A stretch of DNA of 57,031 nt, filler included, from Bipalium vagum (taxonomy: Eukaryota), in the NCBI GenBank assembly GCA_037834085.1. It is 3 parts of 3 records of this genome, joined end to end, with 100 filler letters (N's around TTAATTAATTAA, not from the genome) between each part and the next. Parts side by side here need not be neighbours in the genome. Positions count along the whole stretch, not along the records: positions 1 to 16,630 come from JBBMKC010101653.1; positions 16,731 to 32,761 come from JBBMKC010124105.1; 1 more part is not named here. One strand, 5' to 3'. The notes under the pieces are model-generated. The model ran no database searches. It was not told the DNA's origin and saw nothing but the letters and a program-made list of their open reading frames with translations. Of the stretch, positions 13,536-24,700 are shown piece by piece. Numbering within the stretch: position 1 is the stretch's first letter; every line of letters starts with the position of its first letter. Made by a program: the position numbers and the translations under genes.

Positions 13536-14264
13536 ATGGGAACGGAGAGTGTGATCACGAACTTGACACATGACATCCTTAATGCATCGACCAGGATTCC
13601 CTGGACTTTCAATGAAAAAGTTATAATTATTATATCTTATTCCACCTCGATTGCTCTATCTTCTACTGGTAATGCATTAGTTATAATTGTTTTTTTCGTT
13701 GGATCGTTTAGACCTAATCGCAGTAGTGAAGTGCGTCAGTACCTAACAAATCTGGCTGTTTCTGATTTATTAATTAGTCTATTTTGTTTGCCTTTTACTT
13801 TTACATATATATTGCTATGGGACTGGCCATTCCCCATTGTCTTTTGTCCCATTGTTCTATCAATTCAATTATTGGCTGTAACAGCATCCGCTGTAACCAA
13901 TATTGTCATCGGTATTGACAGATTCTGTGCTGTTATTTATCCAATGAAATCTAGAATAACCAGAAGAAGATCCGGGTGGGTAATTGGATGTATTTGGACA
14001 GGTTCAGCATTATTTTCTTCTGTACAATGCTTTGTCAGTCGTGCACATACGACAAATGAGGGATATACAGAATGTATTGAAAAATGGGATTACAATGTGC
14101 TACAAATCTCATATACTATTTCTGTGTTGTTGATAACTTACATCATCCCACTCTCTGTGCTGACAGTTACGTACTCCATTATAGGAATAAAACTTTGGAA
14201 ACGATTATTGCCAGGAGAAGCTGACGAGAAGAGAGATATTAAACATATGAAGTCAAAAATAAAA
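13536..14264 (+). CDS. Rhodopsin-class (class A) neuropeptide GPCR, exon encoding N-terminus to ICL3 (TM1-TM5), partial; tachykinin/RYamide-luqin/NPY-receptor-like
   Basis: GNxxV in TM1, NLAVSDLL in TM2, W-x-F...C in ECL1/TM3, DRF (DRY motif), TM4 W, CIEKW in ECL2, YIIPL..Y in TM5, and N-glycosylation sequons NLT and NAS. The ATG at 13536 is the first true ATG in frame; an acceptor-like tttttag lies at about 13489. The exon ends at KSKIK|GTACAG (donor 14265). The TM6-TM7 exon was not found before the spacer. Confidence 0.88.
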
Positions 14265-14576
14265 GTACAGTATGGATAATATTATGTAAAAATATAAAAA
14301 ATAATAGTTTCATCATTTTTAAAGAGTAAATAAAAATATTGATCTGTACGATTTTTCAACATTTTTTACTGACCAGACTAAAATCATTTTTCTGTCTCGG
14401 TTGATAAAAGTAAACAAACATCATTTCTCCCATTTTCATAATTTCTTTCATCAATAATAGTAATAACCATTCTTATTTTTAGTTACAAGAAATGATTATC
14501 TCATTTCTTGAAATAATAGTATTTATATAAATAATAATAGTAAATAAAATAGTACGTAACCAAGAAGTTTGGTCTA

Positions 14577-15257
14577 TTGGGTTGTTCGTAAAGTAATTGC
14601 GTTTTTTGAAATAAACCAAACTCAAATTATTTTTTGGTGAACATATTAATAATATATTTTGATCAATTTCATATTGATCGTTTTGGTCACAAACCAATCT
14701 TTGGGGGAGTTGCAAAATTCCAAATTCATAGAAGGTTACATCTTTACTCGTGAAAAACTGATCCAAGTAATTTTTGACCTCATTTGAACTGAAACTTTTA
14801 CCATCTAAAATTGTTGTAAGGACCAAGAGGTAATAAACAGATGGTGCCAGATCTGGTGAATATCACGAATGGGGTAACTTGTGTGAGGTCGGGCATTATC
14901 CTGCTGGAATACCACACCTTTCTGTTAATCAATTTCTTTGCTTCATGGTTTCATTCAATTCGTACAGTTGATTGAAGTACATTATAGAATCTATTGTGGT
15001 ATTGTTCGGTAGAAGATCCTTACCTTTTCGGAAATAAATGATTAATAAATGTCTGAAATGGGTGTGTTTTACATTCATTTCAAATGTGTAACCTAGACAA
15101 ATATGACATTTAAACAAAACTAAAGATATATCATACTCTATTTATATCGTTTATTAAAATCTATAATGCGATAATAATTAGAAATTATTTTTATTGCCTT
15201 AAAATATGAAGAAAATATGTACTTTGGAAAAACGCAATTACTTTCCGAACAATCTAA
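14577..15257 (-). mobile_element. Internally deleted, non-autonomous mariner (681 bp) with Hsmar1/cecropia-type TIRs, downstream of the GPCR exon
   Basis: TA flanks on both sides. TIRs TTGGGTTGTTCGTAAAGTAATTGCGTTTTT and TTAGATTGTTCGGAAAGTAATTGCGTTTTT. N-terminal HFRHLLIIYFRKGK is joined to LLPNNTTIDS; QQDNARPH and SPDLAPS remnants follow. Confidence 0.88.
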
Positions 15258-16023
15258 TATATGATTGAAAAATATTTTTGCTTTAGTCAGTTTAAGAAAA
15301 ATAAAATATCCATTTAAAAAATATTAAATGTTTCATAGAAAACTGAAAAATTATTAATTATTTTATTTCTATATAATTCATAAAATGAGACTCAAAGTTT
15401 GCAATTAAAATAATATGAAAATCGATATGACTTTTAGTAAAAGTCATTATTTTTAATTTAAAATAAATAATATCTTAATTTTTGCAATTTACGTCAGTCT
15501 GTTCACAATCTTATTTGTTTACCTTATTATTTTTAATATTTTTATACCAAGAACTAAAAAGAGCTAAAATCACTACTAAAATGATAAATGTGAAACACTG
15601 TGTAAACAAGTGTTAAAAATCAATGCTATCCGTATGATAATGAGTGAGAAAGGAAAATCGACTCTCAGGTGAGTTTTGTTTGATCTGAAATAAGTCCTTT
15701 CAATTCTCATGGTTTTTCTTTTTTTATTTTCTGAAAAAATTGAAATTCATATTTTTCCGACGATATGAATTTGTGTTTTTGCTGTAATATATGACCCAGT
15801 GTCACTGGTTCTTACTGTAACATATATTAATAGTTGACAGAAACAATTAAGTATAAAATAATAAAATTAAATATATTTTTCATAAATTAAATAAAGAATA
15901 AATATTTTTAAAATAATAATATTATGTTCATTTTTATGGTGAATCGTTTATCAAGAACCGAAAGGTTTAACATTAAAGAACTATCAGTTTAAATTTTTTA
16001 CGATATTATTTCACTATGAACCC

Positions 16024-16545
16024 TGTCGTAACCTTAGCTCGAATCGTTACTGACCCCTTCACTTGTTCCTATACGTGTACGCAATTGAATGAATCAAACA
16101 ACTATAAACAAAACTTTATTGTAAAAATAACAATACAACAAATATTTCAAATAATCAGTAAAATGTCTTTAAAGAAAACTCAAATTTATTACACTGAAAA
16201 ATCAAAAATCTTAAAATCATTCTAATTAAAAAGAGTATATAATCAGTTGATTCTTTCTTTGTCCGCTTAAGAGTCATTTAAACTTCTATATTGGTCCAAA
16301 CTCAAACTTTCGAAAAGGGGCGTATCCAAATAGCACGACCTGGGGCATGTCTGATGGCGTTCGGAGTGAAAATAATAATAATGAAATAATGAAACATCTG
16401 TCTATAAGGATGTTGGAAACAGTGAGATTAAGTCATAAAGGAATTACACCACTTAAAGTAACTATAATAGGACACTGATACGAGAAAGTAAATAGTAAAA
16501 ATTAATATAAATACGCGGCAGAAAATTGTTGGGTTTACCAAGACA
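16024..16545 (-). mobile_element. Putative LTR (522 bp) of an LTR retrotransposon
   Basis: TGT...ACA termini with imperfect short inverted ends. A G7 purine run (16546-16552, minus strand) sits directly 5' of the TGT, as expected for a polypurine tract. AATAAA on the minus strand near 16115-16120. No internal coding sequence seen. Confidence 0.45.
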
Positions 16546-16630
16546 CCCCCCCGGGGGAAAAATAAATAATAAAAATGATAAATAATGCATAAATAATAAT
16601 AATAATAATAATATTAATTAATTAAAAAAT

Positions 16631-16730
16631 NNNNNNNNNNNNNNNNNNNNNNNNNNNNNNNNNNNNNNNNNNNNTTAATTAATTAANNNNNNNNNNNNNN
16701 NNNNNNNNNNNNNNNNNNNNNNNNNNNNNN
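16631..16730. other. Artificial contig spacer N44-TTAATTAATTAA-N44
   Basis: Exactly 100 bp, with a central 12-mer that puts stop codons in all six frames; identical to 32762-32861. Confidence 0.97.
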
Positions 16731-18767
16731 AAAACAATTGTAATTATTGATTTTACTGAATTATAAAGATTACGTAAAATCTTTATAATTCCTTATAATT
16801 ATTATTAAAATATTTTATAATTATTATTATTATTTTATTTAAAAAATTATTTTTATTATTATTTTTCTTACTAATATTATTATTATTTCAAAATAAATAG
16901 AAAATTATTTTAAAAAATTTTTTACTACTATTATTTGTAAAATCCAAAAATGTTTTAAGAAATTTAATTTCTTTGAGATCTTTAAAATTCTTTTTTCAGT
17001 TTTACTTGATTCTGTCCATTTGTTTTACTGAAAGAAAATGGCTTGGGAATTGTTCAATAATGGGGAATTATGTTGAAAAAGCCTATTAAGGCAGATATAG
17101 ACTGTCATTTGCTAATAGAATTAGTCAAGAAAGATGCTCGTTCAGTACCGTTTTTGACACAAAACAATTACTATTTTCAGCTTTTATTAATTATATTTTT
17201 TTTCATAATAATATTAATAATAATAATTTTCCTACCTTGACTATTCAGAGTTCGAATGCCTAAATGGAAAATAAATGTAAAATAAATTGACATTATATTT
17301 ATAAAATAATTATATTAATTTTTGTTTAATTGAATATTATTTTTGTATTATTAATCATCAGTTTTTACCATTGAAAATGGAGAACGTTTTTATTTAATTC
17401 TTTTTTGTCAAATTAAATAAAAATATCAAATGAATTTTATTTATTTTTGAAAATATTTCATAAAATAAAGTAATTAAAGTAAATTGGGTTTTTATTTACT
17501 AATGGAAATTAAATATCAACAATGGAAAAATAATGAAAACATTTTATTTTTAATTAACAATTTTTATTTCTAAAATTTTATAATTCGTTTAATTAAATAT
17601 CGACTTGATCTAAGTGATCCAATTTTTGTTTTATTAAAATGAAAATTTATGTCGCTTTTTGATCTGATTATTATTTTTTGATTCAATCTGTTTGATTTAG
17701 TATTAAAAATTATAATGAAATTTATTTTTCAATTTTTTATCAAAATATTTATATTTTTAAAAATTTATTTATATTTAAATTATAATATAATTATTATATA
17801 TTTTTATATTATTTTTATTATTATTATATATATTTATAAAATTAATTATTGATTTTTTAGTGAAATTTAAACTATAATAATAAATAAATTAAAAAAATTT
17901 TTTGCAATATTCTGTAACGTAATATTGACAATTATTATTAAAAAATTTACAAAAAAATTTAATAAAATGTGGAAAAATAAATATAATTAATCAGTTTAAT
18001 AGGGACAATAAAATAATAAAGATAATAATAATTTAAATATAAAAATCATAATTTTATTTATAATTCAAATATAATATTTTTAGTTATTTAATTTTTAATT
18101 AATTTAATCTATATATTTTTTAATAATTAAATTAAATAATTGGTGGTCACTAATCAATTGGTCACTAATTTTATACTACATTACACGCATTGATCGAGTA
18201 AATCAGAGATGTTGTACAACACATATTACTTAACACGTAGTCATTATTTGTCTCAACCAATTCTGTTCTTATTTTTCAGCGCAAATTTGAATTTTTCAAT
18301 AAATATATGTTAAATTGATAAAACCGTTCAAAAAGGTTTAAATGATTACATTTATTTATTCTCACCTTTTGGTAACCAAAGCTTACGATCTTTAATATAA
18401 AAAATAAATATTAAGGTTCTCTCCTACTTTTCTTGATTTATTTTTTTTCTGATGGATTATTACACTGAAAACATTGTGGTATTCGAATACGTTTCATTTT
18501 CTTTATAACTTGGAGGTAAAGGATTACACAACAACTGTTTAGCGGAATAATTTTTTATTATAAGAGTAAGGTTTAAATATTAACGTTTAAGAACCAAGTC
18601 CAAGAATCTGATTTTATCTTGAATAAGAAAAATAGTGCAGAAATTCGTGTCTTCGCTTTCCTAACATTTTTTTCAACCTTTCAAATTTACCTATTCTTTT
18701 ACATTATTTATTTATTTAATATAGAAAAATTATCATTGATCTGTGCTCTGTTAAAAAGCCTTATTAC

Positions 18768-21700
18768 CATTTGGAGGTCCTGGGTATTTTATTTGTACAT
18801 CTGTACTGTTTTTCCCAACGAGCAAAGAATGGGTATTTTTCAGAAAGCACTTGAATTCCTTGTTCAACTTTATTTCGTCTTGGTGAGCTTGAAAGAACTC
18901 TTTCAGCATTTGTCTTGAATTGACGCTGTCACTTTTGACGTTTAGACTCAGTTTGACAATGACCGGTTCCAAATTGATGTACCGTTCATAATTTGACAAC
19001 ACAGTGGCAAAGATACAACCTATGACGACCTCAACTTGATGTAAAATGGCCAGGTTTGGTGAAAGAATTTCCAAAATTTGAAGAATTAACTTGACATTTT
19101 CTATCATCAGCTGCTGTTGGATGATATTTACGGCAAATGTCGATTGGGCTTTGAGGGCTTCCTGTGAGAGTAACAATAGTTGATCAATGATGATTAATGA
19201 AGGTAAATAGAAGAACCGTCATGAAGGGTACAACTCCGTCCATCAACCATGAAATATACATCTGATCAGGATCTTCAAGATTCCTAATATATATTTAAAG
19301 ATAATTATTTATTAAGATAAATAAAGTATAAAAACTAATGGAAATATTTTAATAATAATAATAATAATAATTTTTATTTTTATTATTAGATAAAAATGTT
19401 TTATCATATGAAATGTCCAATTTCAATGGTTAATTTTTGCAAATGTTCTATCATTTTAAAAAGTAAAGCTGCAGATAGAAATTATATTACATTCAGGAAT
19501 TCTCATGTTAAAATATGATACTTTCGTAGTTGTTTAAATAATCCAAATGAATTATTAGTAAATATCAGGATAATAATAATTAATGAAACCGGTGATATCT
19601 GAAATTTCCGGAAGATGACTAAATCCAATCAAAAACAAATTGTGGTTGGCTCAGAAGTGACATTAGAAATGCAGATTTTCTAACAGATGTACTCCTAGAC
19701 CTTTGCGAGACTCGAAAGATATTTCTATTTCGAAAGAATGCACCAGCTAGTAATAAGTAGCCTTCAGTTGTCAACAGGAAAAGACCAATCTTGATGCTTG
19801 GCAATGCACTATCAGATGAATGCTAAGTCTTTGAAAAATAACTGAACTATGGAAAATATAGGAAATAACTATAACTATTGAAATTATAAAAAGTCTATGG
19901 CACACTGTCTAGACCTGAGACTAAGAATTTACCACTTCTTAAGGCATCTGCGTAATTTTATAACCAAGAAAATCTTTGACAATCGATAAGAAATCGAAAT
20001 AATCCGTCTCTAACACTTCTAGAGAATCAATTTGTTATGTAAATGGTACTCGAAACCTAGTTGGTACTAATACGAGGTAAAGCCAAAATGTATTTAGACT
20101 CTACCAGAAATAATGAAGATAACTGAACAAAATTTTTATTAACAAAACATATATATATCTATACTTCTCATTTCTCGACATGACCGTCGTTTACATCTGC
20201 TCACTTATTCCACCATTCCATTATTGCCCATTTCAAAGAAATTTTGATCCTTCTCCATGAGGAATTTCGTTACATTGTCTTTCATATCATTCTTTATATC
20301 AAATTTTGCCCTCGCATATATTTCTTCAGACGGCCGAACTTGGTGTCAGATCTGGACTGTAAGGAGGATGGTCCAATTGTACAAATCCAACTTTTGCTAA
20401 TTTCTCTTGGGATTTATTTAATGTATTAATAGGAGCGTTTTAATTGAGCAAAAACGGATACGTAAGTGTAATGTAATTATTAAAACCATTTCTTATTAGT
20501 GACTCATTCCTTTTTCTATTTATCATGTAATCGGACAATTCATATGACACAACCTAATATTATAATAAACATATTAATTAATATAAACAAAAGTGTCGTA
20601 GCTCTTTCTCAATAATAAAATAAAAATATTTAACAATGTCAAATCCTTATCGAAAGTCTTACTCTTCATCGCGAATTGCCAAGAGAATGTCGTACTGATA
20701 TTGTGGAGACATTTGTCTTAATTTATCGACCCATTTAACATTTGTCTTCTTGATGGTTTCGATTACATCCCAAAAGAGGCTATTGAAATAATAAATTAGA
20801 GAATGACGAGAGAGATGGAGAAACGGAATGCGTGGATTAATTTCATTAATTAATCATTTTTGAAATATTTTTAATCATTTTTTTTATAAGTCAATCTTAA
20901 AATATTGAAGCAAAAAAAATATTAAATATATAAAAAAATATTGCATAATGCATAACAGTGAATTTTATAAAATATTTTAATTATTGCAACAATAAATATT
21001 ATATTTTTAATATTATTTCTTTGAAAAATTCTTAATTAAAAATTAAATTCTTAGAAAAACTTTTTTATTTCAAAGTTTTTTTTCTCGAACCAAAAATTAT
21101 ATCACATAAATCAATTATTAGTGAATTTTTTAATATTTATTACTCATTATTAAATTTTAATAACACAAATTACTCATATTATTATTATTATTATTATTAT
21201 AAATAATTCAAATACCTTATTTAAAGATTATTTAATTTTGTATAGCATTTACAAAAAAATACTTATTAAAGATATTTTCTAATAAAATTTAATAATTAAA
21301 TATTTTAAAATCCTTCCTCAGTTTTCCTCTGAATTATAAAGAACGAATTCTTCTTTAACCGTTATCTAATAAAGAAATTTAATATAATAATGAAATTTAA
21401 TATTTCGAGAAAACATTAATAAATAATCTAATCTAATTAATCAATTGTTTTATATTATTTTTAAATTAAAAAAAATTATTATAAATTATAAGCAAAAAAA
21501 TATCTCCAATAAAATCTTCATATTGATTTTATCACTTATAATTATTTTAAGTATAAATATTTAACATATTTTTGCCACACTAGTTTTATACTAATTGTCA
21601 ATTAAAACAAATTAATTGCAGAGATTAATGTTTTAATCGATAGACACAGTCTTAGGGACCTGGGATATTTTCCAATATTTATTTGAAGTAAAAATATTTT

Positions 21701-24700
21701 TGAAAAAACAAAAGAAAATGAATTTTTTCATATTTATTATCGAAGTAAATTGGTTAAGGAAAAAGATTTTTCTTCAAGATTTTCTTTCCCACAGATTTGA
21801 TAATATAAAACAAATATTCCTTCATCTAACAGTACTTCATTTAATTAAATTTTTCATTAATTAATATTTATATTTTTAATATTAGAGCCAGTGTAATGAT
21901 AAAAGAAAATAGGTTTTGAATGAATAAAAAATACCATTTAACTGGAAGAGAAAAGGAAAGAAATGAGAGCTTCGTCAGAAACAATATTTTTTTTCTTATT
22001 GTCGTAAATATTGAAAACCGGAAATCGAACAGCTTCATGGAGGAAATTAGAAATAGGTAGAAATATGAATATTGAAATTCGTTCTTCAGAGATGAAGATT
22101 TCAGGGAGAGTATTATTGTGTTTAGATAAACAAAACAGAACGTAAATTGTACGAGGAATTATAACATTTTACGATTAAAAAATAAATGATTAAAAATAAA
22201 TGATTAAAAATAAATGATTAAAAATAAATGATTAAAAATATATGATTAAAAATAAATTATTAAAAATAAATTATTAAAAACAATTAAAATTTTTAAAATT
22301 AATATATTTAAACGCACTTTTCTTTTATTATATTAAATAGTACTTATTATATTAATTAAATTAAATTAACGGGTATCGCCAAATAGTATAAATGATACTA
22401 TTTTTGTATCACTAATGTTTACTGAAATTATATGGGTGATGAGACTAAGTGGTGCTTTTAATTTATAAAAAGAAATTAAAACCTTAATAAATATTTTATT
22501 CAACCAAATATTCAATTTCTTCGTAATGGTCATATTCGACAAGATTAATATCCTTTTTTAACTGAATTTGACCTAGATCATTCTTTACAGACTTTATAGT
22601 AGGTAACACATGAGGCTGTTCCAAAGTTAAAGCACCATCTTTGCCTTTATTATAATCAGTGGCATTACATTTTTACCATTTGTTCAAGAAGAAATAAATG
22701 CTGTCCTTTGCATTGTAGCAAACCACGTGTAATCAATTCCTTAACAGACAAGGTACTCAATGGCAGAGTAAAAAAAAGAGTAAATCCTTTTCTTTTTAAA
22801 AAAAACTAGTGACAATGGTACTATTTAGTAATATCCGTTAAATTAAATTAACCGTTCTTTCCGTTGTAAACTGCTTTTGGATAAATTATTTATTTTTAAT
22901 TAAAACTCGAACAAACCGCTTTTATTTGTTTATTTTTTCAATAATTTCCATTTATATATTTAAAAAGTATTTCAAACATTATATTTTCATTTATATATTA
23001 TATATGTATATTTATATATTATAATTTCGTATTATACTTTTAGTATGATAGTCAATTGTTTACTAAATTTTTTACATTAATATTTAGCAGAAGGTAATTA
23101 AGTCAACGATGGAAAATATCAGAGAAAACTACGCAACTGAATATGAAAATATTAAGTTTGTTTAAACGATTGGGAATAGAAAAACAGTGATCCATTTTGG
23201 AATCAATGAGTCAGCGGAAAGATATTGGATAAAGACAAAGAAGTCATATTCTTCAATTACCAATAAAAACTGTCAGCTGCGATTTCAACAATTTCAGACT
23301 TAAGTTTGTAAAGATTTTTAATACCAATAAAAATAGAATATATAAAATATGATATATAAATATATAATATAAAAAATTTCACAAAATCAATGAATTAATA
23401 TATAACGTCTTTTTGATAATATTTTAAAATGGAAAAAGAATTCAAAATTAGTTTTCAATTCTAAAATTCACCAAGGACCTAAAATATAAAAAACATTGGA
23501 CACCTTATAAAAAATTAAAAATTCTAAAATATGTTTAAATACTCACAAGAATAAAAATAAAAACCGAGATATCTCACTCAATCAGAATGGCATTTTTAGA
23601 AAATCATTAGAGATTTTTGATATTGCCTTTATGATCTTTATCAGTGGTACCATTTAATAAACCACAATGTTTTAATAACCATTTATTTTTTAAATTTGTA
23701 TTATATCGTACATATATATATATTATACTACATAAAAAAACAGCGCTTTTCACTAAAAACTATGTCACAAGGTTTTATAATTCTTAAATTATTATTTTTT
23801 CTATTATTTGTTTGAGAGTTTGACATCAGTTCATATTGTCTTGTGGTTAAAGAAAGAGATAAAGAATTTTATAATTCTATAGTGGCTCCGCTAACCCGGT
23901 AGTGAAGGACAATAGTCGTGAGACATATTTATTTCATTTTTATTAATTTTTGTAAATTGTTAAATCTATTTTTGATTATTTGTTTATTGTCAATTTAATA
24001 ATTGATTGTACATTATTAATTTACATTATTATTATCTTGTTATTCAATTGACAATTTGATGATCGATTTCATTTTTATCTGAACATTGTACTGAAGACTT
24101 GATAATTGATATTGTTATTTTGTTTCTGTTTTTATTATATTTTGATATAAGTAAACATTATTGCTCGACTAATTTTTGTTGATTACAACAACTACTAATC
24201 TACAGGTTCAGGTTGAAAAAAGTCATCAAATAATTTACACTTATAAGTAGTAAAGTAGTGAATAAATTCATCAATTCGATTTTCATTAAAAGTGAATTCA
24301 GAAATGATAAAATAAAAAGTTAAATTATTATGAATTATTAAAAAATATTATGTATTAATATTATAATATTATAAATAATATTATTTAATATTATTATTAT
24401 ATATAATTATTATTATATATATTATTATTATTATTTAAATAATATTATTTATTAATATAAACTTTTCTAAAGCAACTTTAAGTCTGTTCGCTGAAATCTT
24501 CATTTCAAAAGAATATTTCCATAAACAATTACATTATTTTCTTAATGAAGTGACATGTAAGAATTGGATCGATCAGACGGATCCACCAAATACACATTTT
24601 TATTCAATACAATCGTTCGGTTCAGTTCTCAGTTGACCATTTGCGAAATATATAATATTATAAAGGCAGGACTGTGTGATAAAACAATGCAAATCATAAT

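Noticed and set aside
16675-16686. Palindromic TTAATTAATTAA inside N runs (also 32806-32817)
   Set aside because: Synthetic six-frame stop linker, not biological.
23881-23905. TGGCTCCGCTAACCCGG resembling a retrotransposon primer-binding site
   Set aside because: No exact tRNA 3' match that I can confirm, and no flanking LTR pair or gag ORF.
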